In this document: positions 35,406 to 44,910 of the stretch, one piece after another
Layout: each line of letters begins with the position of its first letter
How positions within the stretch are numbered: the first letter of the stretch is position 1
NCBI GenBank assembly: GCA_001819435.1
Contig: MHMT01000012.1
Span: forward strand, 1-45,253
DNA: 45,253 nucleotides
Direction of reading: 5' to 3'
Source of the DNA: Candidatus Portnoybacteria bacterium RBG_13_40_8
Lineage (GTDB): Bacteria; Patescibacteriota; Minisyncoccia; RBG-13-40-8-A
Notes under the pieces: generated by a model
What the model saw: the letters and a program-made list of their open reading frames with translations, nothing else
Told to the model about the DNA's origin: nothing
Databases searched by the model: none
Position numbers and translations under genes: made by a program

Positions 35406-38287
35406 ACATTTCTGAAGTAGAGAAAAAAATATTGGAATTTTGGCAAAAGAACAAAGTATTCAAAAAATCCTTAGAAAAAAAATCACCCAAGGGTGATTTT
35501 GTATTTTATGAAGGGCCACCAACTGCGAATGGTAAGCCAGGTATTCATCATGTCTTGGCTCGGATCTTTAAAGATTTAATTCCTCGATACAAAACAATGC
35601 AAGGTTTTTATGTTGAACGAAAGGCAGGCTGGGATACTCACGGATTGCCCGTGGAGCTAGAAGTCGAAAAAGAACTGGGCCTTAAAAGCAAAAAAGAAAT
35701 TGAAGATTACGGCATTGATAAATTTAATAAAAAATGCAAAGAAAGTGTTTGGAAATATAAAGAAGAATGGGAAAAAATGACTGAAAGAATTGGTTTTTGG
35801 ATTGATATGGAACACCCTTATATTACATATGAAAATAGTTATATAGAGTCTTTGTGGTGGATTATAAAACAAGCGCATGAAAGAGGATTATTGTATAAGG
35901 GACACAAGGTGGTTCCGCAGTGTCCTCGTTGCGGGACGGGATTATCTTCGCATGAAGTTGCTCAAGGATATAAAAATATCGAGGAAGATTCGGTTTATGT
36001 GAAGCTTAAATTGAAAACGAAGCAAAAGATAAAGAATTTAGATATTGATGATAATACATATATTTTAGCTTGGACCACGACCCCTTGGACTCTACCTGGA
36101 AATATAGCATTAGCCGTTGGTGAAAATATTGATTATGTGGTTTTATCATATACGGAGTCCGTTAAAGATCGAACTTATGATATCGATGAAGGGGTTACTC
36201 GGGAAGTAAAATACATTATTTCAGAGGATTATTTACGCAATAATGAAGACTTACTTAAGACCGTTGTTGATAATGAAGAATTGCAAAAAATTAAAACAAT
36301 GTATTCCTTGAGATCCAACATATCCTCAGATAAGCTATATAGAATTAAAGGTAAAGATTTAATCGGCTTAAAGTATGAACCACTTTTCAAAGATATTATT
36401 AAAAAAAGCGACTTAAACTTTGACAACGCTTTTAAGATTTATGCTGCAGACTTTATTTCAACCGAAGACGGGACTGGAGTTGTGCATACTGCCGTAATGT
36501 ACGGCGTAGAAGATTATGATCTGGGAGAAAAAATAGGACTACCAAAGGTTCATACCGTAGATTTATATGGCAATTTTAATGATTTGGTTCCGCAGTGGAA
36601 AGGTAGATTTGTAAAAGATGTTGAAAAAGAAATTATTGATTATTTAAATGCAGAGGGTTATTTATATAAAACAGAAAAATATGCGCATGATTACCCTTTT
36701 TGCTGGCGTTGTGATTCGCCATTATTATATTACGCCAAGGATTCATGGTATTTCAAAGTTAGCGAACTAAAAAATGATTTAATAAAAAATAATTCAAAAA
36801 TTAATTGGATTCCCGAACATATAAAAGAAGGAAGATTTGGAGAATGGTTAAGAGAAATTAAAGATTGGGCAATTTCTCGAGAACGTTATTGGGGGACGCC
36901 AATTCCTGTTTGGGTATGCAATAAATGTAAAGGAATGAAAGTTATTGGTTCACGACAAGAATTGGGTGTTGATGAAAAATTTGATTTGCATCGTCCTTAT
37001 ATTGATGAAATTAAATTGAAATGCAAATGTGGCGGAGAAATGAAAAGAATTCCCGAGGTAATGGATTGTTGGTTTGATTCGGGGGCAATGCCATTTGCCC
37101 AATTTCATTACCCGTTTGAAAATAAAGAGTTAATTGATAAAGACAAACAATATCCGGCTGATTTTATTTCCGAAGCCATTGACCAAACACGAGGATGGTT
37201 TTATACATTATTGGCCGTTTCTACTTTATTAGACAAAGGAACATCTTATAAAAACGTGATTTGTCTTGGCCATATTTTAGATAAAAATGGTCAAAAAATG
37301 TCCAAACATATTGGAAATATTATTGACCCATGGGAAATGATCGAAAAATACGGCGCAGATGTTGTACGATGGCATCTATATACCATGAATCAGCCAGGAG
37401 AGACAAAAAGATTTGACGAGCAGGCATTAAAAGAATCGGGGAAGATGTTTATTACCCTATTGAATGTATTAACTTTTTACAAAATGTTCGCCAAAGAAAA
37501 GGTTGAAGACTTAAAAGAAAAAGACCTAGTTAATGTTTTAGATAAGTGGGTGAATTCGAAATTAAACTTATTAATTAAAAACACTACCGAAAAATTGGAT
37601 AAATATGATATTACTGGTGCCGCAAGAGAATTAGAAGAATTTATTAATGATCTATCTGTGTGGTATGTGAGGAGGTCTAGAGAACGATTTAAAACTGGCG
37701 ATGAAAAAGCTGTTAAAAGTTTAAGGCGAGTGATTTTTAATTTAATTAGACTACTTGCTCCTTTTATTCCATTTATTACAGAACACATTTATCAAGAACT
37801 TGGTGGTCGTTTAGAATCCATCCATCTGGAAGACTGGCCAGATGCAAAGGGTAAGTTTGTTGATAAAAAATTGGAAGAAAAAATGAAGCAAGTAAGAAAT
37901 ATTTGCAGTTTAGCTTTGCAGAAAAGAATGGAAGCCGGGATTCCGATAAGGCAACCGATATCGAGAACAGCCATGAGTTATGATTTAGAAGATGAATTTG
38001 AACAACTATACAAAGATGAATTAAATGTTAAAGAAGTAGTTAAAGGAGAAGGTTTAAGTCATGATACGATTATCACCGACGAGTTGAGAGAAGAAGGGAT
38101 TGTTAGGAACTTTGTAAGAAATATTCAGGCGAATAGAAAAAAAATGGGATTAACACCAAAAGATAAAATTCGGGTTTATTATTCCGAAAACAAAGAAGTT
38201 ATTGAAAAACATTCAGACCAAATCAAAAAACAAGTCATTGCCGAAGATATTTTGTTTGGCAATGAATTTAAGATTGAAAAAATTTAA
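35399..38287 (+). CDS. ileS: Isoleucine--tRNA ligase, IleRS2 type
   Basis: EGPPTANG.PGIHH, GWDTHGLPVE, WTTTPWTL, YPFCWRC, SRERYWGTP, DQTRGWFY, KMSK. Confidence 0.96.
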   Translation: MLNISEVEKKILEFWQKNKVFKKSLEKKSPKGDFVFYEGPPTANGKPGIHHVLARIFKDLIPRYKTMQGFYVERKAGWDTHGLPVELEVEKELGLKSKKEIEDYGIDKFNKKCKESVWKYKEEWEKMTERIGFWIDMEHPYITYENSYIESLWWIIKQAHERGLLYKGHKVVPQCPRCGTGLSSHEVAQGYKNIEEDSVYVKLKLKTKQKIKNLDIDDNTYILAWTTTPWTLPGNIALAVGENIDYVVLSYTESVKDRTYDIDEGVTREVKYIISEDYLRNNEDLLKTVVDNEELQKIKTMYSLRSNISSDKLYRIKGKDLIGLKYEPLFKDIIKKSDLNFDNAFKIYAADFISTEDGTGVVHTAVMYGVEDYDLGEKIGLPKVHTVDLYGNFNDLVPQWKGRFVKDVEKEIIDYLNAEGYLYKTEKYAHDYPFCWRCDSPLLYYAKDSWYFKVSELKNDLIKNNSKINWIPEHIKEGRFGEWLREIKDWAISRERYWGTPIPVWVCNKCKGMKVIGSRQELGVDEKFDLHRPYIDEIKLKCKCGGEMKRIPEVMDCWFDSGAMPFAQFHYPFENKELIDKDKQYPADFISEAIDQTRGWFYTLLAVSTLLDKGTSYKNVICLGHILDKNGQKMSKHIGNIIDPWEMIEKYGADVVRWHLYTMNQPGETKRFDEQALKESGKMFITLLNVLTFYKMFAKEKVEDLKEKDLVNVLDKWVNSKLNLLIKNTTEKLDKYDITGAARELEEFINDLSVWYVRRSRERFKTGDEKAVKSLRRVIFNLIRLLAPFIPFITEHIYQELGGRLESIHLEDWPDAKGKFVDKKLEEKMKQVRNICSLALQKRMEAGIPIRQPISRTAMSYDLEDEFEQLYKDELNVKEVVKGEGLSHDTIITDELREEGIVRNFVRNIQANRKKMGLTPKDKIRVYYSENKEVIEKHSDQIKKQVIAEDILFGNEFKIEKI

Positions 38288-38291
38288 AATT

Positions 38292-38322
38292 GTCAGTCCA
38301 AGACTGATCCGCCTCGGGCGGA
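38292..38322. repeat. GC-rich double hairpin (REP-like or terminator)
   Basis: TCAGTC-CAA-GACTGA followed by TCCGCC-TCG-GGCGGA. Confidence 0.65.
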
Positions 38323-38329
38323 AAAAATC

Positions 38330-38803
38330 ATGATTAAAACCGAAGCGATTATTTTAAAATCAGCCGACTCCAACGAGGTGGACCGGCTTTTGACCATTTA
38401 TAGCGAAAAAATGGGGAAAATTAATATTTTTGCCAAAGGGGTAAAGAAACCAGAAAGCAAGTTACGTTACTCAATTGAACCGATTTCTTGGGTGCAGATG
38501 ATTTTGGTTGAGGGCAAGAATAGTCTAATTTTAAAAGACACAGTTATAAAGGATCAACTTTTAAACATTAAAAAAGATTTGGGGAAAATAAAAATTGCTA
38601 AAAAAATAACAGATTTGATTGATGAAGCAATCGCTGGGCAGGAAAAAGATGATGATGTTTGGCGCTTGATTTTAATGACACTTAAGGCTCTTAATGAAGA
38701 TAAAATTTCTTTTAAATCAGCAGTAGTTGATTTTCAGAATAATTTAATAAAAATCCTTGGCTATGACCCTGAAGCAGTAAGGGAATTAAAAGATATCTAT
38801 TAA
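38330..38803 (+). CDS. recO: DNA repair protein RecO (short form)
   Basis: TEAIILK....E.DR..TIYS...GK....AKGV.K..SKL. Confidence 0.85.
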   Translation: MIKTEAIILKSADSNEVDRLLTIYSEKMGKINIFAKGVKKPESKLRYSIEPISWVQMILVEGKNSLILKDTVIKDQLLNIKKDLGKIKIAKKITDLIDEAIAGQEKDDDVWRLILMTLKALNEDKISFKSAVVDFQNNLIKILGYDPEAVRELKDIY

Positions 38804-38805
38804 AA

Positions 38806-38814
38806 TGATATAAT
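38806..38814 (+). promoter_or_regulatory. Putative extended -10 promoter
   Basis: TG-A-TATAAT, 7 nt before ATG 38822. Confidence 0.6.
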
Positions 38815-38821
38815 ATAAATT

Positions 38822-40663
38822 ATGGAAGGAGATTTTCAGATTAAACAAATAGAACCGCAACAAATTCCCGAGCAAGAGCCTGAACTTAAGAAAAAAAGAG
38901 GAGGGTTAGTTTCTTTATTTCATCGTAAAAATCTTCCCAGGACAGTATTTTCTATAATTTTTATTCTCCTTTTAATAGCTATAGGGGCAATTATTTGGGG
39001 TCAAATCAAGTTTAGTAAAAATAATATTCAAATTAATGTTAAAACTCCTCAAGACATCGCTTCAGGGAAAGAGTTTACCTTAACGGTTGAATATATAAAC
39101 GATAATCGAGTCAATTTGAATGATGCTTTTTTAATTATCGATTATCCGTCGGGAGTTTTTTCTATCGAGGGAGAGGAATTACCCCGAGAGCAAAGGAATT
39201 TGCAGATAATTCGTAAAAAATCAAGTGGCCGAGAAGATTTTAAAGTAAGATTCGTGGGAGATAAAGGCGAATTTAAAAACGTAAATGTCAGATTGGAATA
39301 CAGGCCACAAAATATTAGTTCTCGTTTTGAGAATTCTGTATCTGCTCGAATAGAAATCAACTCGGTTTTAATTGCTATAAAAATTGACGGTCCCGATAAC
39401 GTGATGTCGGGACAAGAAGCCGGATATTTAATTGAATATGAGAATAAGACAAACCGGGAAATTTCTGATTTAAGAATAGAGATAGACTATAATGAAGATT
39501 TTAAGATTAAAGAAACTAATCCAGAACCGGTAAAGGGAAGTAAAAATATTTGGCAAGTCAGTACTTTGAAAGCCGGAGAGAAGAGGGCAATTAATTTGAC
39601 TGGAATCTTAGAGGGCAACGAAGGTGAGGACAAGATTGTAAGAGCAACCATAGGCTGGGTTGAGAACGAACAGTTTCTTCTATATAGTCGTTCGGAGTAC
39701 AATACAAAGATTGCGGCATCACCTCTGCTGCTTTTTGCAGAATTGGAGGGCATTGACGAAGAAGGATGCAATATTAATTCTGGTGATCATTTGACTTATA
39801 AAATTAGCTTTAAAAATAATACCGATGTAGCCTTTAAAGAATTAATTTTAAAAACATTTCTAGAAGATAGTGTTTTTGATTTCAGAAAAGTTAATTTAGG
39901 GGGAGTAGGATTTTTTGACAGTCGGCAAAGTACCATTACTTGGGCCGGTGGCGAGGTTCCTATGTTGGATTTATTGGAACCGGGAAATTCAGGTGAAGTA
40001 AAATTCACGGTAGACCTAAAAAAGCCGATTCCAATGAGTGGTTACAATGCCAAGAATTTCCAAGCTAAAATAATAAGCGAGATAGGAACATTAACTGTTC
40101 CGGCTAAATTTGCTATTTCGGAATTAAAAATCGCCAAAGAGTTAAGCTGCAAAATCAATACTGACCTTAATGTAAAATCCAAAGCTTTTTATTATGACCC
40201 GTTACCGAGTATTCTGAACAAAGGACCACTGCCGCCAAAAGTTGATGAAGAGACCACCTACGCTATTCATTGGGAAATTACCAACAGTACCAATGATGTT
40301 GAAAGCGTAAGGGTATCCTCGGTATTGCCCCAGGGTATAACCTGGCTTAATTATTACATTAACAAAGTTTCCAATAGTCAAATTTATTATAATGAAAGAA
40401 CCAAAGAAGTAACTCTGGAGATTCCAAAAATTCCGGCAGGCGTTGGTTATACCTTGCCCGTTTACGAGTTTATTTTCCAGATAAGCCTTACTCCATCAAT
40501 AAATCAGATTGGACAAGCACCGCTTTTAATTAATGATACTATTATTGAAGGAAGAGATACCTTTACTAATATTAATTTGAGAGAGGAAAGCTCAGATATT
40601 AGTACCACCATTCCAGACGATCCAAAAGCAGCCTATATTTATGGTCGGGTAGTCGCTAAATAA
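38822..40663 (+). CDS. Single-pass membrane protein with tandem Ig-like (DUF11-like) domains
   Basis: One TM near the N-terminus; repeated SG....Y.I.Y.N beta-sandwich-like units. Confidence 0.65.
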   Translation: MEGDFQIKQIEPQQIPEQEPELKKKRGGLVSLFHRKNLPRTVFSIIFILLLIAIGAIIWGQIKFSKNNIQINVKTPQDIASGKEFTLTVEYINDNRVNLNDAFLIIDYPSGVFSIEGEELPREQRNLQIIRKKSSGREDFKVRFVGDKGEFKNVNVRLEYRPQNISSRFENSVSARIEINSVLIAIKIDGPDNVMSGQEAGYLIEYENKTNREISDLRIEIDYNEDFKIKETNPEPVKGSKNIWQVSTLKAGEKRAINLTGILEGNEGEDKIVRATIGWVENEQFLLYSRSEYNTKIAASPLLLFAELEGIDEEGCNINSGDHLTYKISFKNNTDVAFKELILKTFLEDSVFDFRKVNLGGVGFFDSRQSTITWAGGEVPMLDLLEPGNSGEVKFTVDLKKPIPMSGYNAKNFQAKIISEIGTLTVPAKFAISELKIAKELSCKINTDLNVKSKAFYYDPLPSILNKGPLPPKVDEETTYAIHWEITNSTNDVESVRVSSVLPQGITWLNYYINKVSNSQIYYNERTKEVTLEIPKIPAGVGYTLPVYEFIFQISLTPSINQIGQAPLLINDTIIEGRDTFTNINLREESSDISTTIPDDPKAAYIYGRVVAK

Positions 40664-40682
40664 AAATTTTATTAAGAATACC

Positions 40683-41987
40683 ATGGAAAATTTAATAGAA
40701 AAGATTGTATCGCTTTGCAAAAGACGGGGGTTCATTTATCCCGGTTCAGATATTTATGGCGGATTAGCCAATACTTTCGATTTTGGTCCATTGGGAGTGG
40801 AATTAGCTAACAATATCAAAAAAAGCTGGTGGAAGAAATTTGTTCAGGACAGAGACGATATGTATGGCTTAGATGGTGGTATTTTAATGAATCCCAAAAT
40901 CTGGGAAGCATCCGGCCATACCGCAGGCTTTATCGATGTCTTGGTAGAATGTAAAAAATGCCATAAAAGATTCAGGGCCGATCAAATAGATTCTAAAAAA
41001 TGTCCCGAATGCGGAGGAGAGCTTACCGAGCCGAAAAAGTTTGTCCCGATGTTTAAAACATTTATCGGGCCAGTGGAAGATTCTTCTTCGGTGGCGTATT
41101 TAAGACCGGAAACCGCTCAAGCAATTTTTGTAAATTTTAAAAACATAATCGACAGTTTTCATCCGGAAATTCCTTTCGGTATTGCCCAAATGGGAAAAGC
41201 CTTTAGAAACGAGATTACTTTAGGTAATTTTATATTTAGAAAATTGGAATTTGAACAAATGGAAATAGAGTATTTTATTCAAGGAAAAGATTGGGAAAAA
41301 TATTTTGAACTATGGAAAAAAGAAATGGAGGGATGGTTTTTGGGTTTGGGCATAAAAAAGAAAAGTGTCCGTTGGCGCGAACATAAAAAAGACGAACTCT
41401 CTCATTATTCCAAGCATACCGAAGATTTGGAATATAATTTCCCATTCGGCGGTTTTAAGGAGCTTTATGGTTTGGCTTATCGGACCGATTATGACCTGAA
41501 AAATCATTCCGATAAAAGTGGTAAAGATTTAAGATATATTGATTTAAAAACCAATGAGAGATTCTTCCCTTATGTAATTGAGCCATCCTTTGGTTTAGAA
41601 AGAACAATGTTGGCGGTTTTATCTGAGGCTTATGATGAAGAAGAAATAAAGGGAATAAAAAGAGTAGTCTTGAAATTTAAGCCCAGTTTAGCACCGATTA
41701 AAGTGGCAGTATTCCCGCTTTTAGCCAACAAACCAGATTTAATTAAAAAGGCCAGACAGGTTTACGAAATTATAAGACCGTATTTCTTGGCGATATGGGA
41801 CGACAGAGGGAATATCGGAAAAAGATATTATGCGCAAGACGAAGCCGGAACGCCATTTTGCGTAACAATTGATTTCGATACATTGGAAAAAGACGATGTT
41901 ACGGTGAGATATAGAGATTCAATGAAACAGGAAAGAGTGAAAATCGATGAATTGACGGATTATTTGAAGGAAAAATTAAATGAATAA
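40683..41987 (+). CDS. glyQS: Glycine--tRNA ligase (alpha2 type)
   Basis: CKRRGF, YLRPETAQ, FRNEIT, EFEQME, IEPSFG.ER, IGKRY..QDE.GTP. Confidence 0.96.
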   Translation: MENLIEKIVSLCKRRGFIYPGSDIYGGLANTFDFGPLGVELANNIKKSWWKKFVQDRDDMYGLDGGILMNPKIWEASGHTAGFIDVLVECKKCHKRFRADQIDSKKCPECGGELTEPKKFVPMFKTFIGPVEDSSSVAYLRPETAQAIFVNFKNIIDSFHPEIPFGIAQMGKAFRNEITLGNFIFRKLEFEQMEIEYFIQGKDWEKYFELWKKEMEGWFLGLGIKKKSVRWREHKKDELSHYSKHTEDLEYNFPFGGFKELYGLAYRTDYDLKNHSDKSGKDLRYIDLKTNERFFPYVIEPSFGLERTMLAVLSEAYDEEEIKGIKRVVLKFKPSLAPIKVAVFPLLANKPDLIKKARQVYEIIRPYFLAIWDDRGNIGKRYYAQDEAGTPFCVTIDFDTLEKDDVTVRYRDSMKQERVKIDELTDYLKEKLNE

Positions 41988-43257
41988 ACCGTATCAAAAA
42001 TTTATTTTTAAAAACGGACTAAGATTAGTCACTGTTCCGATGAAAAACACCAAGGCAGTGACTGTTTTAGTTTTGGTCGGCACCGGCTCAAAATACGAAA
42101 CCAAGGAAATCAACGGCATTTCTCATTTCTTGGAGCATATGTTTTTTAAGGGAACCAAAAAGAGATCCAATACCTTGGCTATTGCCGAAGCCTTGGACGG
42201 AGTTGGAGGAGAGTATAATGCTTTTACCGATAAAGAAGTGACTGGTTATTGGGCAAAAGTAGACAGTAAACATTTGGATTTGGCCCTTGATTGGGTTTCA
42301 GACATATTTTTAAATTCAAAATTAGAAGAACAAGAAATAGAAAGAGAAAGAGGAGTAATTATTGAAGAGATAAATATGTATTTGGACGATCCCAGAAGAT
42401 ACATCTGGGATTTATGGGAAAAATTGCTCTATGGGAACCAGCCAGCTGGCTGGTTAATTTCCGGAGAAAAGAAGACAATAAGAAAATTAAAGAGACAACA
42501 TTTTATAAATTATTTAAAAACTCATTATTCTTCTCGAAATACCATAATTGTAATTGCGGGTGGTATTAATAGAATTCAAAATTTGAAATTAAAAATTCAA
42601 AATTCTTTTCAATGGATAAACTTAGTTGAGCCCGGCTCAAAAAAGAGAGTTATTGAGAAACAAAATGAGCCCGGTCTTTTAATCCATTACAAAAAAACCG
42701 ACCAGACCCATCTTCGTTTAGGGTCCAGGGGATACAATATTTTCAATCAAGATAGGTATGTATTAAGTATTTTGGGTGTTATTCTGGGGGGCAGCATGAG
42801 TTCGCGACTTTGGATTGAGATAAGAGAAAGACACGGCTTGGCTTATTATGTAAGAACCGGCATCGAAAGTCATACCGATAGTGGGTGGCTGTGCAGCGGA
42901 GCAGGAGTTAATAATGACAAAGTAGATAAAGTTATTGAAATTATTCTTAGAAATTATAGATTAACCAAAGAACAAAAAATTGGTAAAGAAGAACTAAGAA
43001 AAGCAAAAGATTTTATTAAGGGTCGAACCATTTTGGCTATGGAGGAATCGGATGAACAGGCAGCATTTTATGCTTCTCAAGAACTTTTAGAAAACAAGAT
43101 TTTGACGTTGGAGGAAAAATTTGCTAAGATAGAAGCAGTGACAGCGAATGATATTCAAAGAGTGGCGAGAGATATATTTAAACCAGAAAAACTGAATTTA
43201 GCGCTTATCGGACCATTTAAGGATAAACAAAAGTTTCAGCGCTTGTTGAAACTATAG
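41980..43257 (+). CDS. M16 family zinc peptidase
   Basis: GISHFLEHMFFKGT (HxxEH), NAFT, ERGVI.EE, SSRL..EIRE..GLAY. Confidence 0.93.
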   Translation: MNKPYQKFIFKNGLRLVTVPMKNTKAVTVLVLVGTGSKYETKEINGISHFLEHMFFKGTKKRSNTLAIAEALDGVGGEYNAFTDKEVTGYWAKVDSKHLDLALDWVSDIFLNSKLEEQEIERERGVIIEEINMYLDDPRRYIWDLWEKLLYGNQPAGWLISGEKKTIRKLKRQHFINYLKTHYSSRNTIIVIAGGINRIQNLKLKIQNSFQWINLVEPGSKKRVIEKQNEPGLLIHYKKTDQTHLRLGSRGYNIFNQDRYVLSILGVILGGSMSSRLWIEIRERHGLAYYVRTGIESHTDSGWLCSGAGVNNDKVDKVIEIILRNYRLTKEQKIGKEELRKAKDFIKGRTILAMEESDEQAAFYASQELLENKILTLEEKFAKIEAVTANDIQRVARDIFKPEKLNLALIGPFKDKQKFQRLLKL

Positions 43258-43262
43258 GACTT

Positions 43263-44288
43263 ATGGACAAATCAAAATCAATTAATATTTCCTGGAAATC
43301 AATTTTAAAAGTTGTTGCTGTTATTTTGTTTCTGATTTTTCTTTATTTAATCAGGGACGTTATTATAATTTTCATTTTTGCCTTAATTGTTGCTTCGGCT
43401 ATTGCTCCAGCCGTTGATTTGTTGGAGAAGATAAAAATACCCCGAGTTCTCGGAGCAGTGATTTCCTATATAATAATAATCGGGCTTCTGGCATTTTTAA
43501 TTTCTTTAGTTGTGGCGCCGGTTATTAGGGATATAAAAAATTTATCCTCTAATTTGCCGGAATATATTGAGAGCCTGACATTGAAGTTTAAATCTTTTGA
43601 AAAAACTTTTTCGAAATACGAAGGCGCCATAGAACAAATTCAGAAATTTTTTATCCAACTTGGTGAGCGCTTACAATCTTCGGAAAAGGGAATATTTTCT
43701 GGGGTTGTAAATATTTTTGGCGGGATATTTTCTTTCTTTTTGGCCCTGGTCATCTCTTTTTATCTTTCTGTTCAGAAAAAAGGCGTTCAACGAATCCTGG
43801 GTTCAATTAGTCCATTTAATCATCGAGATTACATTCTGGACCTTTGGGAAAGAGCCCAAAAAAAACTTGGTCGTTGGCTTCAGGGACAACTATTTCTGGG
43901 AATAATCGTTGGCGCGTTGGTTTATATTGGATTATATTTTCTTGATATAAAATACGCCCTTTTGTTGGCTATTTTAGCGGGCGTATTAGAAATATTTCCC
44001 TATATCGGTCCGGTGCTTGCCGCAATTCCGGCTGTAATTATAGGATTTTTACAGGCGCCTATTTTAGGTTTTTGGGTTTTAATTTTATATGTAGTGGTTC
44101 AACAGATGGAGAATTATTTAATCGTTCCTCTGGTTATCGGCAGAGTAGTTGGCTTAAATCCTATAATTGTAATAATGGCATTGTTGATTGGTGCTAAATT
44201 GGGTGGGATTTTAGGAATGATTTTAGCCGTTCCTCTGACGGCTGTATTCGCGGAATTTGTAAAAGATCTTGTTAAGAAAAAAGTATAA
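43263..44288 (+). CDS. AI-2E family transporter
   Basis: PYIGP, QQ.EN....P...G..VGL.P, G.LG..LAVP. Confidence 0.9.
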   Translation: MDKSKSINISWKSILKVVAVILFLIFLYLIRDVIIIFIFALIVASAIAPAVDLLEKIKIPRVLGAVISYIIIIGLLAFLISLVVAPVIRDIKNLSSNLPEYIESLTLKFKSFEKTFSKYEGAIEQIQKFFIQLGERLQSSEKGIFSGVVNIFGGIFSFFLALVISFYLSVQKKGVQRILGSISPFNHRDYILDLWERAQKKLGRWLQGQLFLGIIVGALVYIGLYFLDIKYALLLAILAGVLEIFPYIGPVLAAIPAVIIGFLQAPILGFWVLILYVVVQQMENYLIVPLVIGRVVGLNPIIVIMALLIGAKLGGILGMILAVPLTAVFAEFVKDLVKKKV

Positions 44289-44769
44289 TTATACTTATTA
44301 TAATTACTAAAATTTGTGTTATTAGGCCAAAGAAGGTAATTTTACCTTCTTTTTCTTTATTTTTGTAAGTATGGAAAAATTGATGATGTAAATTTATATA
44401 TTTCTCCGAAAAGTTGCCTCCGATAATAACAAAAGAAAAAAGAAAAATATCTGGTAAAATAGCAAAAAAGATTCCCAATAATATAAAAATCAAATCCTTT
44501 AACATAAAAACATTAGATGAGAACCAGAGAGTTAAAAGAACAATTAAAAAACCAATTAAACCGTCGATTAAGATTTTAAATAAATCACAGAAAAGAGCTT
44601 TAAAATCTTTGGTTTTCGAAAAATTTCTTATTCCGTGATTAATATAATCCCAGTGAGGGAGTTTATCAAGAATAAGATGAGTAATTAGTCCCAAGATTAT
44701 AATAAGGCCAAGATTGTGGGTCTTGGCTCCAATGACCGCACCAGCTAAAATGTGAGGGATGAGAACCAT
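44272..44769 (-). CDS. Membrane protein, metal-dependent hydrolase-like
   Basis: H...GA, H..LD.LPH.D, LPD and HH motifs among TM helices. Confidence 0.65.
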   Translation of the reverse strand: MVLIPHILAGAVIGAKTHNLGLIIILGLITHLILDKLPHWDYINHGIRNFSKTKDFKALFCDLFKILIDGLIGFLIVLLTLWFSSNVFMLKDLIFILLGIFFAILPDIFLFSFVIIGGNFSEKYINLHHQFFHTYKNKEKEGKITFFGLITQILVIIISIIILFS

Positions 44770-44839
44770 ATTATATAAATATTATAATCAAAAATAACTT
44801 AACAATAAAGGTTTTTTTTGTTAAGCTGGAATTGAGATG

Positions 44840-44910
44840 CCCGGTAGTAGATTTTTGACTGCTACCGCGGTAGCAAATAAATTTTAATTAGTCAAAAATT
44901 CACTACTGGG
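44840..44910. mobile_element. 71-bp palindromic MITE-like insertion flanked by an ATG duplication
   Basis: CCCGGTAGT-AG-ATTTTTGACT pairs with AGTCAAAAAT-TC-ACTACTGGG; internal 16-bp palindrome TGCTACCGCGGTAGCA; ATG at 44837 and 44911. Confidence 0.5.

Noticed and set aside
404-44638. Many short alternative-frame and antisense ORFs in the track (e.g. 14078-14611, 24746-25183, 6781-7233)
   Set aside because: They lie within well-supported genes and show no recognisable motifs; most likely shadow ORFs
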